DNA from: Balanoglossus misakiensis
Taxonomy: Eukaryota > Animalia > Hemichordata
DNA: 64,000 bases
NCBI GenBank assembly: GCA_040954595.2
Contig: CM082582.2
Span: forward strand, 744,001 to 808,000
Direction: 5' to 3'
Below, in pieces: positions 1 through 13,184 of the stretch; the stretch's first letter is position 1, and every line of letters starts with the position of its first letter. The notes under the pieces were generated by a model. The model had not been told where the DNA came from. It did no database searches and saw nothing but the letters and a program-made list of their open reading frames with translations. The position numbers were made by a program, and so were the translations under genes.

Positions 1-3000
1 CGTTGGCTAAGTCTTGCAAACCGAAGAGGGAAAGTCACAGCGGGTCAACACTCGACATTTGTTCCGGTAGGACTACATTATTGCCTGTCAATTTATAGAG
101 AAAGCCCGAATTTAACCACTATATATAGGACACAGACTGGCGTAAGTTAACAACGGTAATCACGTCGGGTTTCCTACGGCCTGGCTCAGCTGAAGCCCCG
201 GCACTCTAGAGCAGAAACAGGCGTACATTGACCACGTTGATCAAGTCAGATTTCCTACGGCGTGACTCGGCTGGTGAACCGGCTCTATATGACACAGACT
301 GGCGTATGTTATCAACGGTGATTACGTCGGATTTCCTACGGCCTGGTTTAGCTGAAGCCCCGGCACTTTAGAGCGGAAACACGCGTACATTGACCACGAT
401 GATCAAGGCAGATCTCCTACGGCCTGGCTCGACTAAAACCCCGGCACACCATGACAGACACTAGCGTTCGTTAGCAACGGTGATCAAGTCGGATTTCCTT
501 CGGCCTGGCTCTGCAAAAGACCCGACACTCTAGTACAAAGACGTTGGCTAAGTCGGGCAAACCGAAGAGGGAAAGTCACAGCGGGTCAACACTCGACATT
601 TGTTCGGGTAGGACTGCATTATTGCCTGTCAATTTATAGAGAAAGCCCGAATTTAACCAGGGCGTTACAAACACCGACGTTAGTTGGGGGCACGGCCTGC
701 AGTACTGACGGGTAAGCTGACATCGGCGTACCGCATATAATATAGGGGGGGGGGGAAACAGAACGGTTCAATACTACATTTATTAGATATCAGCTAATTT
801 TGGACAATCATCTAAAATCTAAATCATTTTTTCATATTTGGATATCTGATGATGTATGAAATTTCCATTATATGTAAAAATGGTGCTGATTATAAAAAAT
901 GCACTCTGAATGAACTGATTTAATACAAAATTACGTTTTATTCGTTTTTGCACCTAAAAGGTCATTTTTAGGCAAAACATTCTTTATTTTTTTAATTCGG
1001 TGACCTGATCATATATAAAGAATGGCTTGTATGTTAAAAGTTTTTATGACTTTTAAAAGCAGTGACACTGGCGGCATTCAACACGAAAATAACAATTTTA
1101 GCCACAATTTGGTCAAAATGGAAAATTTTTCAAAATTACAAAAAATACCCTTTTCTACATTTTCGGAAATCTGATGGAGTATAGAAGGCTCTTCGTATGT
1201 ATATATCGATACAAATTCCACAAAAAACCGTCTAATTTGGCTCACTGCAGACAAAATTGCGTTTTACCAAATTTTCCTTGAAAATGTCATTTTTAGAAAA
1301 AAAAATAAAAAAAACCTTTGTTCTTCGAATTTGGTGCCCCGATCATATATGACATGTTGATTGTATGTTAAAAGTTTCGACCACTCCAAAAATGCAGAGA
1401 TATTGACGGAATTCAAGAAAAAATAGCCATTTTGGCCATATTTTGACAAAAATGGTAAAATTTTAAAAAATCATAAAAAATTAACTCTTTTCTTCATTTT
1501 CGGAAATATTATGGAGCATGAAGTGTCGTTCTCTTGTAAAAAGTGCTGCAAATTCCAGAAAAGGTGGTATAATTTGAATCACCCAAGACAAAATTACCAT
1601 TTTCGCCTTTGTTTCGAAAAATTGTCTTTTTTACAAAATAAATAAGAATAAATTCTTTTCTTAGTTTCAAACGGGTAGAGATACTTCCTACACGGGTTTT
1701 CTAACATTGAATTCCCGTTCATCAACTCAGATTTCCTACAGCATAAGTCGGCTAAAACCCTGAGACTTTAGAGCAGAAACAGTTGCACACTGGTAACGTT
1801 GAACAAGTCGATTTTTCTACGGCCTGGCTTGGCTAAATCTCCGTCACAATATGACAGACACTATCGTACGTTAGCAACGGTGATCAAGTCAGATTTTCTA
1901 CGGCATGGCTTGGATAAAGCCCCGGCACTCTAGAGCAGAAACACGCGTACAGAGACCACGTTGATCTACTCACATTTCCTTCGGCCTGGCACGGCTGATG
2001 CCCCGGCACTATATATAGGACACAGACTGGCGTAAGTTACACTACAGACTGAATGTCCTGTTCTACCTGGCGCGCCTGCTCCTGAACGCAGCAAGCCAGG
2101 TGGCTCGCCTGGCTCGCCAGGCCCGGTGAGCGTGTTTGCTGAGCGCGCCAGGCTTGAATCCTGAATATTCATGAGCTACCTGGCTTGCATGGCCAGCCGG
2201 GTCACAGGAAGCGCGCTTGTTTACCTGGCGCGCTAGACTTGCTCCTTGTCTATGGGCTTCATTATGTGTAGGGAACGCGTAGACCCACGCTACCCAAAAC
2301 CACAAGCTCAGTCCCAAATTCGAAACTCACCTCACTACCAAAAACACGCTCAAGGCAAGCATGCACGCAAAAAGTATTGAAATTATTTATTAAGACAAAA
2401 AACCGTCGAAAACACCTTAACTATCGGTTGCTTACCAGCAAGGAAGCAGGTCGGTTTGAACCACAAACACGTTTGATTGATCCATAGGGTCTATGATATG
2501 ATGGCATTTCTGGTTTTTCTAGTCTAGTTGCGCAACCTCCAATTCAGATAAAGAATGCTAGTGGTTCAAAACACTATGTACATGCAGTCATTTATGTTCA
2601 TTTGTAACCTGTGTTTTATGTTACCACAGATGCATACATGTAAAGCATACACGTACAAACTACAGATCAATTGCAGCAACTTAAAAATGACGAATATCGT
2701 AGCACTTCCTGTTTCTTGCTAACAGGGGATTAGCCCTCAGAATCTGTGTGCGTCCACACACTAAACGGACATTGTTTTGAGATCAACGCCGTCTAATGGC
2801 AATGTTTAGGAACACGGCAACTAACAAAAATTGAGGACGTCGAGGACATGTAATTGCAACATATCTCAGTTTCTATACCTGGATATGCGTTCTAGACGAC
2901 TTTGTCGTCGTCTTCATGACCGTTTTGATATCGTTTAGAAGTACTGGATGTTAATCCACAAATCGAAAACGCCTCGTCTTTTCGGCGATCGAAAGAACCT

Positions 3001-3724
3001 AAAGTTGGTGGCAGACAGAAGTGTTGCAGACCCGGCTAACCGCGAGTGGCTAGAAAACCACTCGCGTCCAGTTAGATTGACTCAACAATGGAAACTGACC
3101 CAAGACAATAGGTTACCTAGATAAACATAATCAAATGTCACCACGGGGTTGTGCTTTGCGTTCTCACTGTATACATGTATTTGCTTCGGTCTGGATCTGA
3201 ACCACCCGTCATCGCTGTCGAAAATTAACACCGGCGCAGCACAGGCGAAAAGCATTCTCAAATATTTTTTCCCGTCGGAGTCGTATCTGGATCGTTGCTA
3301 CACCGGTACTACACCGTTGAAAACGTTAATCAATGTACAACTCTCCTTCTCAACATAAGTTTTATTTCAGACTAGGCATTCAGGGAGGGGCGTTCAATTC
3401 ACTACGAACAAAATGTGTCCGTTGTTAGTGTTAGTTTTCTTTATTAAGCATTTAAAACACAATTACACTACATTAGTTGTACAAATGCAAGGGAACATTT
3501 CCTTTCTGAACGAGAGAATGACAATCCGACAAACATGCTGATAAAGCCCCCCCCCCCCAAACAAAAAACAAAAACAAAACAAAAAACATCAACGGCGGAG
3601 AGCTTTATCGATTGCCTTGATACACTGTTTTGACCACACGTCGCGCTCGGCGGATCGCGGAAAATCGTGGGATTATATTACCATGGCCTGTGCGTCGCAT
3701 TTTAATTGGTCGAGATGAACGACG

Positions 3725-4573
3725 TCACTGACCACAAATACCCAGTAATGGTTTGTTTACATGCCCGTAAATCTGAATAGTAATATTAGCAACGAGTTCA
3801 GTGAATACAACATTTTGCGTAACACAAGTTCCGGGGTCCCTAGTGGGACATTTTCGTAAATTTTGACGGTTTTCTTGATTTTGTTGGTAATATAATGGAA
3901 ATAACCGACTCCGCCCAGACCATAAACGTTTGTTTATGGGCGCGGGCTCGAGGAAAGCCAAAATTCATGGGCTCGGAAGCCTCGCCCATGAATTTTTGGC
4001 TTTCCCCTCGCCCTTGCCCATAAACAAACGTTAATGGTCAGGGCGTCGTCCATTATTTCTAAAATATTTTCGGAAAGTTGCTCCTTCAACTTTCTTAAGC
4101 CTTCTGGGACTTAACTTCAATTTCTGTTTGGTACCCCCAAACACACGCCCTGTGCAAGTACGTCCGGCGCGTTCTGTATATGATTCTGGTATGAGAATAT
4201 CCCTGGTGATAGGAGGGAACCATAGTGGAGGCGGAGAAGTCTCAATCATCCCCGCTGTCTGCGAAGACGTGAGAATCGGCTGTACTGCCGGCTGTAGTGT
4301 AGTTTGGAACGGTGGTGTAATATCAGCGGCTGGGCGTGGTGGGAGTGGTGTTGGTGACAAGGTGGGCGCTGGTGGAATCGGCGGGGGCATGATCATAGTG
4401 CCTGATCTAATGAATTGAACGATCGTTACACACATTATTGTCGCGGTGAACGGACGCGCGTATACGTGTTGTCGATCACAGACAACAGTGTGGTCGATAC
4501 TCTGACTGATTTGTCGTAGTTTCTCTGTTTGGGAAATGGATGAAGTCACATTATTGTGCTTTGTAAGACGCAA
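3725..4573 (-). pseudogene. Possible cargo ORF (~224 codons once the MITE is removed): Pro/Thr-rich segment followed by a Cys-containing C-terminal region, function unknown
   Basis: ORFs 4031-4573 and 3725-3961 are in the same frame. Excising the 174 bp of MITE plus TSD joins ...GATFRKY to YQQNQENRQNLRKCPTRDPGTC... with no stop. Confidence 0.45.
3893..4064. mobile_element. Palindromic (hairpin) MITE of ~172 bp nested in the CACTA element
   Basis: The two halves are reverse complements (GACCATAAACGTTTGTTTATGGGC...GCCCATAAACAAACGTTAATGGTC; AAAGCCAAAATTCATGGGC...GCCCATGAATTTTTGGCTTT). It is flanked by TA at 3891-3892 and 4065-4066. Confidence 0.85.
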
Positions 4574-7500
4574 ATTACAATACTAGTATGTATCTAATAT
4601 TTGAGTCATAGATTGTTCTTGTTTTCATGAGCCTGACACTCAGAACTATGACCCTAGGATCCTAGTGACCGGCGCATCAAATTGTATTTTTAAAACAAAC
4701 CACAGACAAAAATGTACTGACTTCAGAAGTTTTTGTTCATTGAGTTCACACATATTTTATTGTACTGACGAACAAAAAGGTGATAACAACCTGAAGAACA
4801 TGGCTGGCCGAGCATAAACATGTAACACCCGTGGACGCTGGGAGATACATTACAGAGAAAGCGGGTAGATTTTTACTCTGAAACAAAGATAAGCTTTAAT
4901 AGATGCAGTGTATCACTATTTCCTAAATTTACATCACGACCGCGCAACGTAACTGCGGTCCATTGCATGTAAGTGTGCGGGCATCTACACCAAAAACAGC
5001 GACACGGTGCCGTTACAATTATTCCAGCTAAATATAAACACAAGAAAACACGAATCGCGATCTGTGGATTCCCTGGATATGATTTTGAATCTGCAATAGA
5101 TTGGAGATCATGTTGAGGAAAAAAACTTGATCGCACAAATTAGTGAAAAATACATTTATGAGGTAGCTGGTACGATCCTACTGACTAAAGGCTACCTCCT
5201 GGGGCCCACCCCATTCACACCTGTGATTTACTAATGTGCAGGCTAGTCGTCAGTAGGCTTTCTTTTTCCTGTTATGCAGATTATTCTTCATTGTTGATTT
5301 CATATGAGTATCAATGGGTATGACTGCTCGCAGTATACTCTCGGGCTTAATTGTTCCGACTTTTTCGTCCATAATTCTGACTACGTCCGCGACCCTTGTG
5401 GAGTGACCGTGATTCAACCAAGCGAAAATAGCTACCCATCACTCTAATTATTGCAGCTATGCTAGTTATAAACACAATCGCAATTTTGATCGTGACATAG
5501 GCCATATATACTTTTAAATTTAAAAGGAAAAAGGAAACTTTTACTTTTGATGCATTAATTTACGAGCAGTGATTTAAGTGTGAAAAATAAAAGTTTCTGT
5601 TTCTTCTGACAGCGGTATAGCCTCAGCGGGTTTTCCCGCTCTGCACTCGGATATAAAGCAGAAATTAATGTAAGGAAAATCCACAATGTCTGACAGGTGA
5701 CAGGTAGTAACTCGGATAGAAAGCAGAAATGTAAGGAAAATCCACAATGTCTGACAGGTGGTCAGTTTGTACAATGAGTAACTCTCATGACGAATCCTTT
5801 TCGAAAGAGACTGCTTCAAATTGGGAGAAACAATTAGGTGTTAACGATAATGGCGTTGCTTTGTTGTTTTTTCTGTGCTGAAAGGCATTTTTGTATTGGG
5901 GTAAAGAAAATTGTGTACAAATTATTACACGTCACATTTGTCGACTCCTGTATTTCAAAACACACAGTACCACAAACGAGAGCAAAGTTCGGTCGTATTT
6001 AATGTACAAGGGGTCTTTTCCTTTTTGTTGTTGTTGCTCGATAGATCATTATTCAGAAGGTCTATTTGAACATGCACGTCTCTATGGCTTCTCAGTGTAC
6101 ATGTATATATAGACTGTGCCGTGTCGATGGTTCCTGGTCATTTGTTCGTATGGCAACGAGTTTCAATAAGTTATATTTGCATATCGAGAGAGTGTGTTCT
6201 GCATTAAAGTTTCCGCCCCAAGCGCTAGATTACTGAATAAATTCAGAGCTGATTCTCGACTTTAGTAGTTCCGACATCGATGCATTTTCCCGTTTTGCTG
6301 TTTATTTGTACTTGAGGACATTTTTATTCTACTCTGATGTGACTTGCTGTATAGTTTGTAACATTTATGTAAACTCAAAATTTTCCCTATTATTTTTCAC
6401 ATTTTCTAAACTAAAAAAAATGTTACTTCACAATAGTGTCATACATGTATGTGTGCACCTGTATCTAACTCACTGACGGTGAGTTTAAGATCTACTTAAA
6501 CTGGCATTGAATATGGCTGGAGTCCATGCAATTGTTCGACAGAATGAACACAAGCTAGACATTTCATAGTTCTTCAGGAGTGCTTTTTTGATGCGGATTG
6601 TATGTTGTATGTTGCATGGAGCATGGAGGTAGGATGGAAAGGAACTACACCTGCTACTGTTGTTTTTGAGGCAAGTCAGTGATTCCACTTGTTTACCGAG
6701 TAAACACGACTGTTTATTGGCAAGGCTACTCGCATGTGGCTGACAACAAAGGGAAATCAATAAAATAAAAGTTTGATACACACGAAGAATGCAATCAGAA
6801 CACAATATACATTCTACTGTTTTGAGAATATCCATCTAATTTACCAGGCGATGAAACAGGTAGAGAGTCCCTGCGTCAGACCATAGCTACGCACGATTGT
6901 ACAATCATGTAAACAAACATGGCGTCGATCGACGACATCACATCACGTAGAGAGATCGAGTCACAGTCCGATCGAGGTGGTACCTCAGGCAAATGCGAAC
7001 GATCTTACATGTTTGCTAACTTTGATGATTAGGTTACAATGATCAATCTAGGCCCGATCAAGAAGACTGAGCTAGAATTTGTCGTGGTAAACCATGACAC
7101 ATTGATTACATCTCGGACACATGCAGACACGCACGAAACGTCTAATATATTCCGACGGGTGACATGCTAGCCCAATTCTTAACTCCAGAGTTCTCAAACA
7201 TGCCTTCTTCTCATTCTAAGACTGGCAGACTTCTCATGTGTTCATTCGGGCCCGCCAAACACAGCAAGCGCAGCGGGCCCATGGGCTAGCTGGGCCCGGT
7301 GGGCCCGAATGCGGGCCCACCAAACACATTTAATTAGCAAGCCCTGCGGGCCCATGGGCCTGCTGGGCCCGGAGGGACCGAGCCCCCTGGCGCGCGCAGC
7401 AGGCCACTGAGCGCGCCCGGCAAGCGCGCCATGTGCAGGACATTCAGTCTGTAGTGTAACAACGGTAATCACGTCGGGTTTCCCACGGCCTGGCTCAGCT

Positions 7501-9734
7501 GAAGCCCCGGCACTCTAGAGCAGAAACAGGCGTACATTGACCACGTTGATCAAGTAAGATTTCCTACGGCGTGACTCGGCTGGTGCACCGGCTCTATATG
7601 ACACAGACTGGCGTAAGTTATCAACGGTGATTACGTCGGATTTCCTACGGCCTGGTGTAGCTGAAGCCCCGGCCCTTTAGAGCGGAAACACGCGTACATT
7701 GACCACGATAATCAAGTCAGATCTCCTACGGCCTGGCTCGACTAAAACCCCGGCACACCATGACAGACACTAGCGTTCGTTAGCAACGGTGATCAAGTCT
7801 GATTTCCTTCGGCCTGGCTCTGCAAAAGACCCGACACATTAGTACAAAGACGTTGGCTAAGTCGGGCAAACCGAAGAGGGAAAGTCACAGCGGGTCAACA
7901 CTCGACATTTGTTCCGGTAGGACTACATTATTGGCTGTCAATTTATAGAGAAAGCCCGAATTTAACCAGGGCGTTTCAAACACCGACGTTAGTTGTGGGC
8001 ACGGCCTGCAGTACTGATGATGGGTAAGCTGACATCGGCGTACCGCATGTAATGTAGGGGGGGGGGGGACAGAACGGTTCAATACTACATTTATTAGATA
8101 TCAGCTACTTTAGGACAATCATCTAAAATCTAAATCATTTTTTCATATTTGGATATCTGATGATGTATGAAATTTCCATTATATGTAAAAATGGTGCTGA
8201 TTATAAAAAATGCACTCTGAATGAGCTGATTTAATACAAAATTGCGTTTTATTCGTTTTTGCACCAAAAAGGTCATTTTTAGGGAAAACATTCTTTATTC
8301 TTTAAATTCGGTGACCTGATCATATATAAACAATTGCTTGTATGTTAAAAGTTTTAATGACTTTTATAAGCAGTGACACTGGCGGCATTCAACGCGAAAA
8401 TAACAATTTTAGCCACAATTCGGTCAAAATGGTAAATTTTTGAAAATTACAAAAAATACCTGTTTTCTACATTTTCGGAAATCTGATGGAGTATAGAATG
8501 CTCTTCGTATGTATATATCGATACAAATTCCACAAAAGACCGTCTAATTTGGCTCACTGCAGACAAAATTGCGTTTTACCAAATTTTCCTTGAAAATGTC
8601 ATTTTTAGAAAAAAAAATAAAAAACCTTTGTTCTTCGAATTTAGTGCCTGATCATATATGACATGTTGATTGTATGTTAAAACTTTCGACCACTCCAAAA
8701 ATGCTGAGATATTGACGGAATTCAAGAAAAAATAGCCATTTTGGCCATATTTTGACAAAAATGGTAAATTTTTAAAAAATCATAAAAAATTAACTCTTTT
8801 CTTCATTTTCGGAAATATTATAGAGCATGAAGTGTCGTTCTCTTGTAAAAAGTGCTGCAAATTCCAGAAAAGGCGGTATAATTTGAATCACCCAAGACAA
8901 AATTACCATTTTCGACTTTTTTTCGAAATATTGTTTTTTTACAAAATAAATAAGAATAAATTCTTTTCTTAGTTCCAAACGGGTAGAGATACTTTCCACA
9001 CGGATTTCTAACATTGAATTCCCGTTCATCAACTCAGATTTCCTACAAGTCGGCTAAAACCCTGACACTCTAGAACAGAAACAGTTGCACACTGGTAACG
9101 TTGAACAAGTCGATTTTTCTACGGCCTGGCTCGGCTAAATCTCCGTCACAATATGACAGACACTAGCGTAGGTTAGCAACGGTGATCAAGTCAGATTTTC
9201 TACGGCATGGCTTGGATAAAGCCCCGGCACTCCAGAGCAGAAACACGCGTACAGAGACCACGTTGATCAAGTCTGATCTCCTACGGCTTGGTTCGACTAA
9301 AACCCCGGCACACTATGACAGACACTAGCGTTCGTTAGCAACGGTGATCAAGTCAGATTTTCTACGACATGGCTTGGCTAAAGCCCTGGCACTCTAGAGC
9401 AGAAACACGCGTACAGAGACCACGTTGATCTATTCACATTTCCTTCGGCCTGGCACGGCTGATGCCCCGGCACTATATATAGGACACAAACTGGCGTAAG
9501 TTAACAACGGTAATCACGTCGGGTTTCCTACGGCCTGGCTCAGCTGAAGCCCCGGCTCTCTAGAGCAGAAACAGGCGTACATTGACAACGTTGATCAAGT
9601 AAGATTTCCTACGGCGTGACTCGGCTGGTACACCGGCTCTATATGACACAGACTGGCGTAAGTTATCAACGGTGATTACGTCGGATTTCCTACGGCCTGG
9701 TTTAGCTGAAGCCCCGGCACTTTAGAGCGGAAAC

Positions 9735-10728
9735 ATGTAGAAAACAGGTATTTTTTGTATTTTTCAAAAATTTACCATTTTGACCGAATTGTGGCTAAAA
9801 TTGTTATTTTCGTGTTGAATGCCGCCAGTGTCACTGCTTTTAAAAGTCATAAAAACTTTTAACATACAAGCAATTGTTTATATATGATAAGGTCACCGTA
9901 TTAAAAAAATAAAGAATGTTTTGACTAAAAATGACCTTTTTGGTGCAAAAACGAATAAAACGCAATTTTGTATTAAATCAGCTCATTCAGAGTGCATTTT
10001 TTATAATCAGCACCATTTTTACATATAATGGAAATTTCATACATCATCAGATATCCAAATATGAAAAAATGATTTAGATTTTAGATGATTGTCCAAAAGT
10101 AGCTGATATCTAATAAATGTAGTATTGAACCGTTCTGTCCCCCCCCCCTACATTACATGCGGTACGCCGATGTCAGCTTACCCATCAGTACTGCAGGCCG
10201 TGCCCACAACTAACGTCGGTGTTTGAAACGCCCTGGTTAAATTCGGGCTTTCTCTATAAATTGACAGGCAATAATGTAGTCCTACCGGAACAAATGTCGA
10301 GTGTTGACCCGCTGTGACTTTCCCTCTTCGGTTTGCAAGACTTAGCCAACGTCTTTGTACTAGAGTGTCGGGTCTTTTGCAGAGCCAGGCCGAAGGAAAT
10401 CCGACTTGATCACCGTTGCTAACGAACGCTAGTGTCTGTCATGGTGTGCCGGGGTTTTAGTCGAGCCAGGCCGTAGGAGATCTGACTTGATCATCGTGGT
10501 CAATGTACGCGTGTTTCCGCTCTAAAGTGCCGGGGCTTCAGCTAAACCATGCCGTAGGAAATCCGACGTAATCACCGTTGATAACTTACGCCAGTCTGTG
10601 TCATATAGAGCCGGTGTACCAGCCGAGTCACGCCGTAGGAAATCTTACTTGATCAACGTGGTCAATGTACGCCTGTTTCTGCTCTAGAGAGCCGGGGCTT
10701 CAGCTGAGCCAGGCCGTAGGAAACCCGA
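9735..10728 (-). repeat. Inverted ~1-kb segment of the macrosatellite
   Basis: At 9735 the sequence switches to the reverse complement of the AT block (ATGTAGAAAACAGG...), then runs through the poly-C linker and reversed 81-bp units. It returns to forward orientation at ...GGAAACCCGA|TTTTTCTACGG with CGA microhomology. Confidence 0.95.
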
Positions 10729-12997
10729 TTTTTCTACGGCCTGGCTCGGCTAAATCTCGTCACAATATGACAGACACTAGCGTACGTTAGCAACGGTGAT
10801 CAAGTCAGATTTTCAACGGCATGGGTTGGATAAAGCCCCGGCACTCTAGAGCAGAAACACGCGTACAGAGACCACGTTGATCAAGTCTGATCTCCTACGG
10901 CTTGGCTCGACTAAAACCCCGGCACACTATGACAGACACTAGCGTTCGTTAGCAACGTTGATCAAGTCAGATTTCCTACGGCATGGCTTGGCTAAAGCCC
11001 TGGCACTCTAGAGCAGAAACACGCGTACAGAGACCACGTTGATCTACTCACATTTCCTTCGGCCTGGCACGGCTGATGCCCCGGCACTATATATAGGACA
11101 CAAACTGGCGTAAGTTAACAACGGTAATCACGTCGGGTTTCCTACGGCCTGGCTCAGCTGAAGCCCCGGCACTCTAGAGCAGAAACAGGCGTACATTGAC
11201 CACGTTGATCAAGTCAGATTTCCTACGGCGTGACTCGGCTGGTGCACCGGCTCTATATGACACAGACTGGCGTAAGTTATCAACGGTGATTACGTCGGAT
11301 TTCCTACGGCCTGGTTTAGCTGAAGCCCCGGCACTTTAGAGCGGAAACACGCGTACATTGACCACGATGATCAAGTCAGATCTCCTACGGCCTGGCTCGA
11401 CTAAAACCCAGGCACACCATGACAGACACTAGCGTTCGTTAGCAACGGTGATCAAGTCGGATTTCCTTCGGCCTGGCTCTGCAAAAGACCCGACACTCTA
11501 GTACAAAGACGTTGGCTAAGTTGGGCAAACCGAAGAGGGAAAGTCGCAGCGGGTCAACACTCGACATTTGTTCCGGTAGGACTGCATTATTGCCTGTCGA
11601 TTTATAGAGAGAGCCCGAATTTAACCAGGGCGTTTCAAACACCGACGTTTGTTGGGGGCACGGCCTACAGTACTGCCGGGTAAGCTGACATCGGCGTACC
11701 GCATATAATGTAAGGGGGGGGGGGACAGAACGGTTCAATACTACATTTATTAGATATCAGCTAATTTTGGACAATCATCTAAAATCTAAATCATTTTTTC
11801 ATATTTGGATATCTGATGATGTATGAAATTTCCATTATATGTAAAAATGGTGCTTATTATAAAACATGCACTCTGAATGAACTGATTTAATACAAGATTG
11901 CGTTTTATTCGTTTTTGCACCAAAAAGGTCATTTTTAGGCAAAACATTCTTTATATTTTTAATTCGGTGACCTGATCATATATAAACAATTGCTTGTGTG
12001 TTAAAAGTTTTTATGGCTTTTAAAAGCAGTGACACTGGCGGCATTCATCACGAAAATAACAATTTTAGCCACAATTTGGTCAAAATGGTAAATTTTTGAA
12101 AATTACAAAAAATACCTGTTTTCTACATTTTCGGAAATCTGATGGAGTATAGAATGCTCTTCGTATGTATATATCGATACAAATTCCACAAAAGACCGTC
12201 TAATTTGGCTCACTGCAGACAAAATTGCGTTTTACCAAATTTTTCTTGAAAATGTCATTTTTAGAAAAATAAAATAAAAAAACCTTCGTTCTTCGAATTT
12301 GGTGCCCTGATCATATATGACATGTTGATTGTATGTTAAAACTTTCGACCACTCCAAAAATGCAGAGATATTGACGGAATTCAAGAAAAAATAGCCATTT
12401 TGGCCATATTTTGACAAAATGGTACATTTTTAAAAAAATCATAAAAAATAAACTCTTTTCTTCATTTTCGGAAATATTATGGAGCATGAAGTGTCGTTCT
12501 CTTGTAAAAAGTGCTGCAAATTCCAGAAAATGTGGTATAATTTGAATCACCCAAGACAAAATTACCATTTTCGACTTGTTTTCGAAAAATTGTCTTTTTT
12601 AAAAAATAAATAAGAATAAATTCTTTTCTTAGTTTCAAACGGGTAGAGATACTTTCCACACGGGTTTTCTAACATTGAATTCCCGTTCATCAACTCAGAT
12701 TTCCTACAGCATAAGTCGGCTAAAACCCTGACACTCTAGAGCAGAAACAGTTGCACACTGATAACGTTGAACAAGTCGATTTTTCTACGGCCTGGCTCGG
12801 CTAAATCTCGTCACAATATGACAGACACTAGCGTACGTTAGCAACGGTGATCAAGTCAGATTTTCAACGGCATGGGTTGGATAAAGCCCCGGCACTCTAG
12901 AGCAGAAACACGCGTACAGAGACCACGTTGATCAAGTCTGATCTCCTACGGCTTGGCTCGACTAAAACCCCGGCACACTATGACAGACACTAGCGTT

Positions 12998-13184
12998 ATT
13001 ATTATTATTATTATTAAGAATTGTTTAAAATGCGCTACACATACGTCTCAGCGCATTGTGCACAGCTAAAACAGTAGATTAAAAAATACAAGGCTGGTAA
13101 AAATAGTTAAAAGGACACAATCGAACACGTTACACATAAAACCGAGTAAAAAGGTATGTTTTCAAATTACGCTTAAAAATATTG
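12998..13184 (-). mobile_element. 5'-truncated L2/CR1-clade LINE 3' end
   Basis: The minus strand reads FKRNLKTYLFTRFYV*, typical of an L2-type ORF2 C-terminus. It is followed by a 3'UTR with a TGCGCT...AGCGCA stem and an (AAT)n tail. There is a 6-bp TSD AGCGTT at 12992-12997 and 13185-13190. Confidence 0.88.

Larger units (their letters stand above)
2040..7456. mobile_element. Non-autonomous CACTA/EnSpm (CMC)-type DNA transposon, 5417 bp
   Basis: Perfect 21-bp TIRs CACTACAGACTGAATGTCCTG at 2040-2060 and 7436-7456, with a 2-bp TA target duplication (2038-2039, 7457-7458). Removing the element restores the satellite sequence CGTAAGTTAACAACGG. It has GC-rich subterminal repeats (CCTGGCGCGC left, GGGCCC right) and no transposase ORF. 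Confidence 0.93.

Noticed and set aside
170-250. 5S rRNA resemblance (CCTACGGCC, ACCACGTTGA) in the 81-bp subunit
   Set aside because: The fragments are not at 5S spacing, and the internal A/C boxes and the rest of the 5S sequence are absent.
5656-5760. Short local tandem duplications (5656-5760; also 46324-46401)
   Set aside because: Simple two-copy slippage duplications with no further structure.
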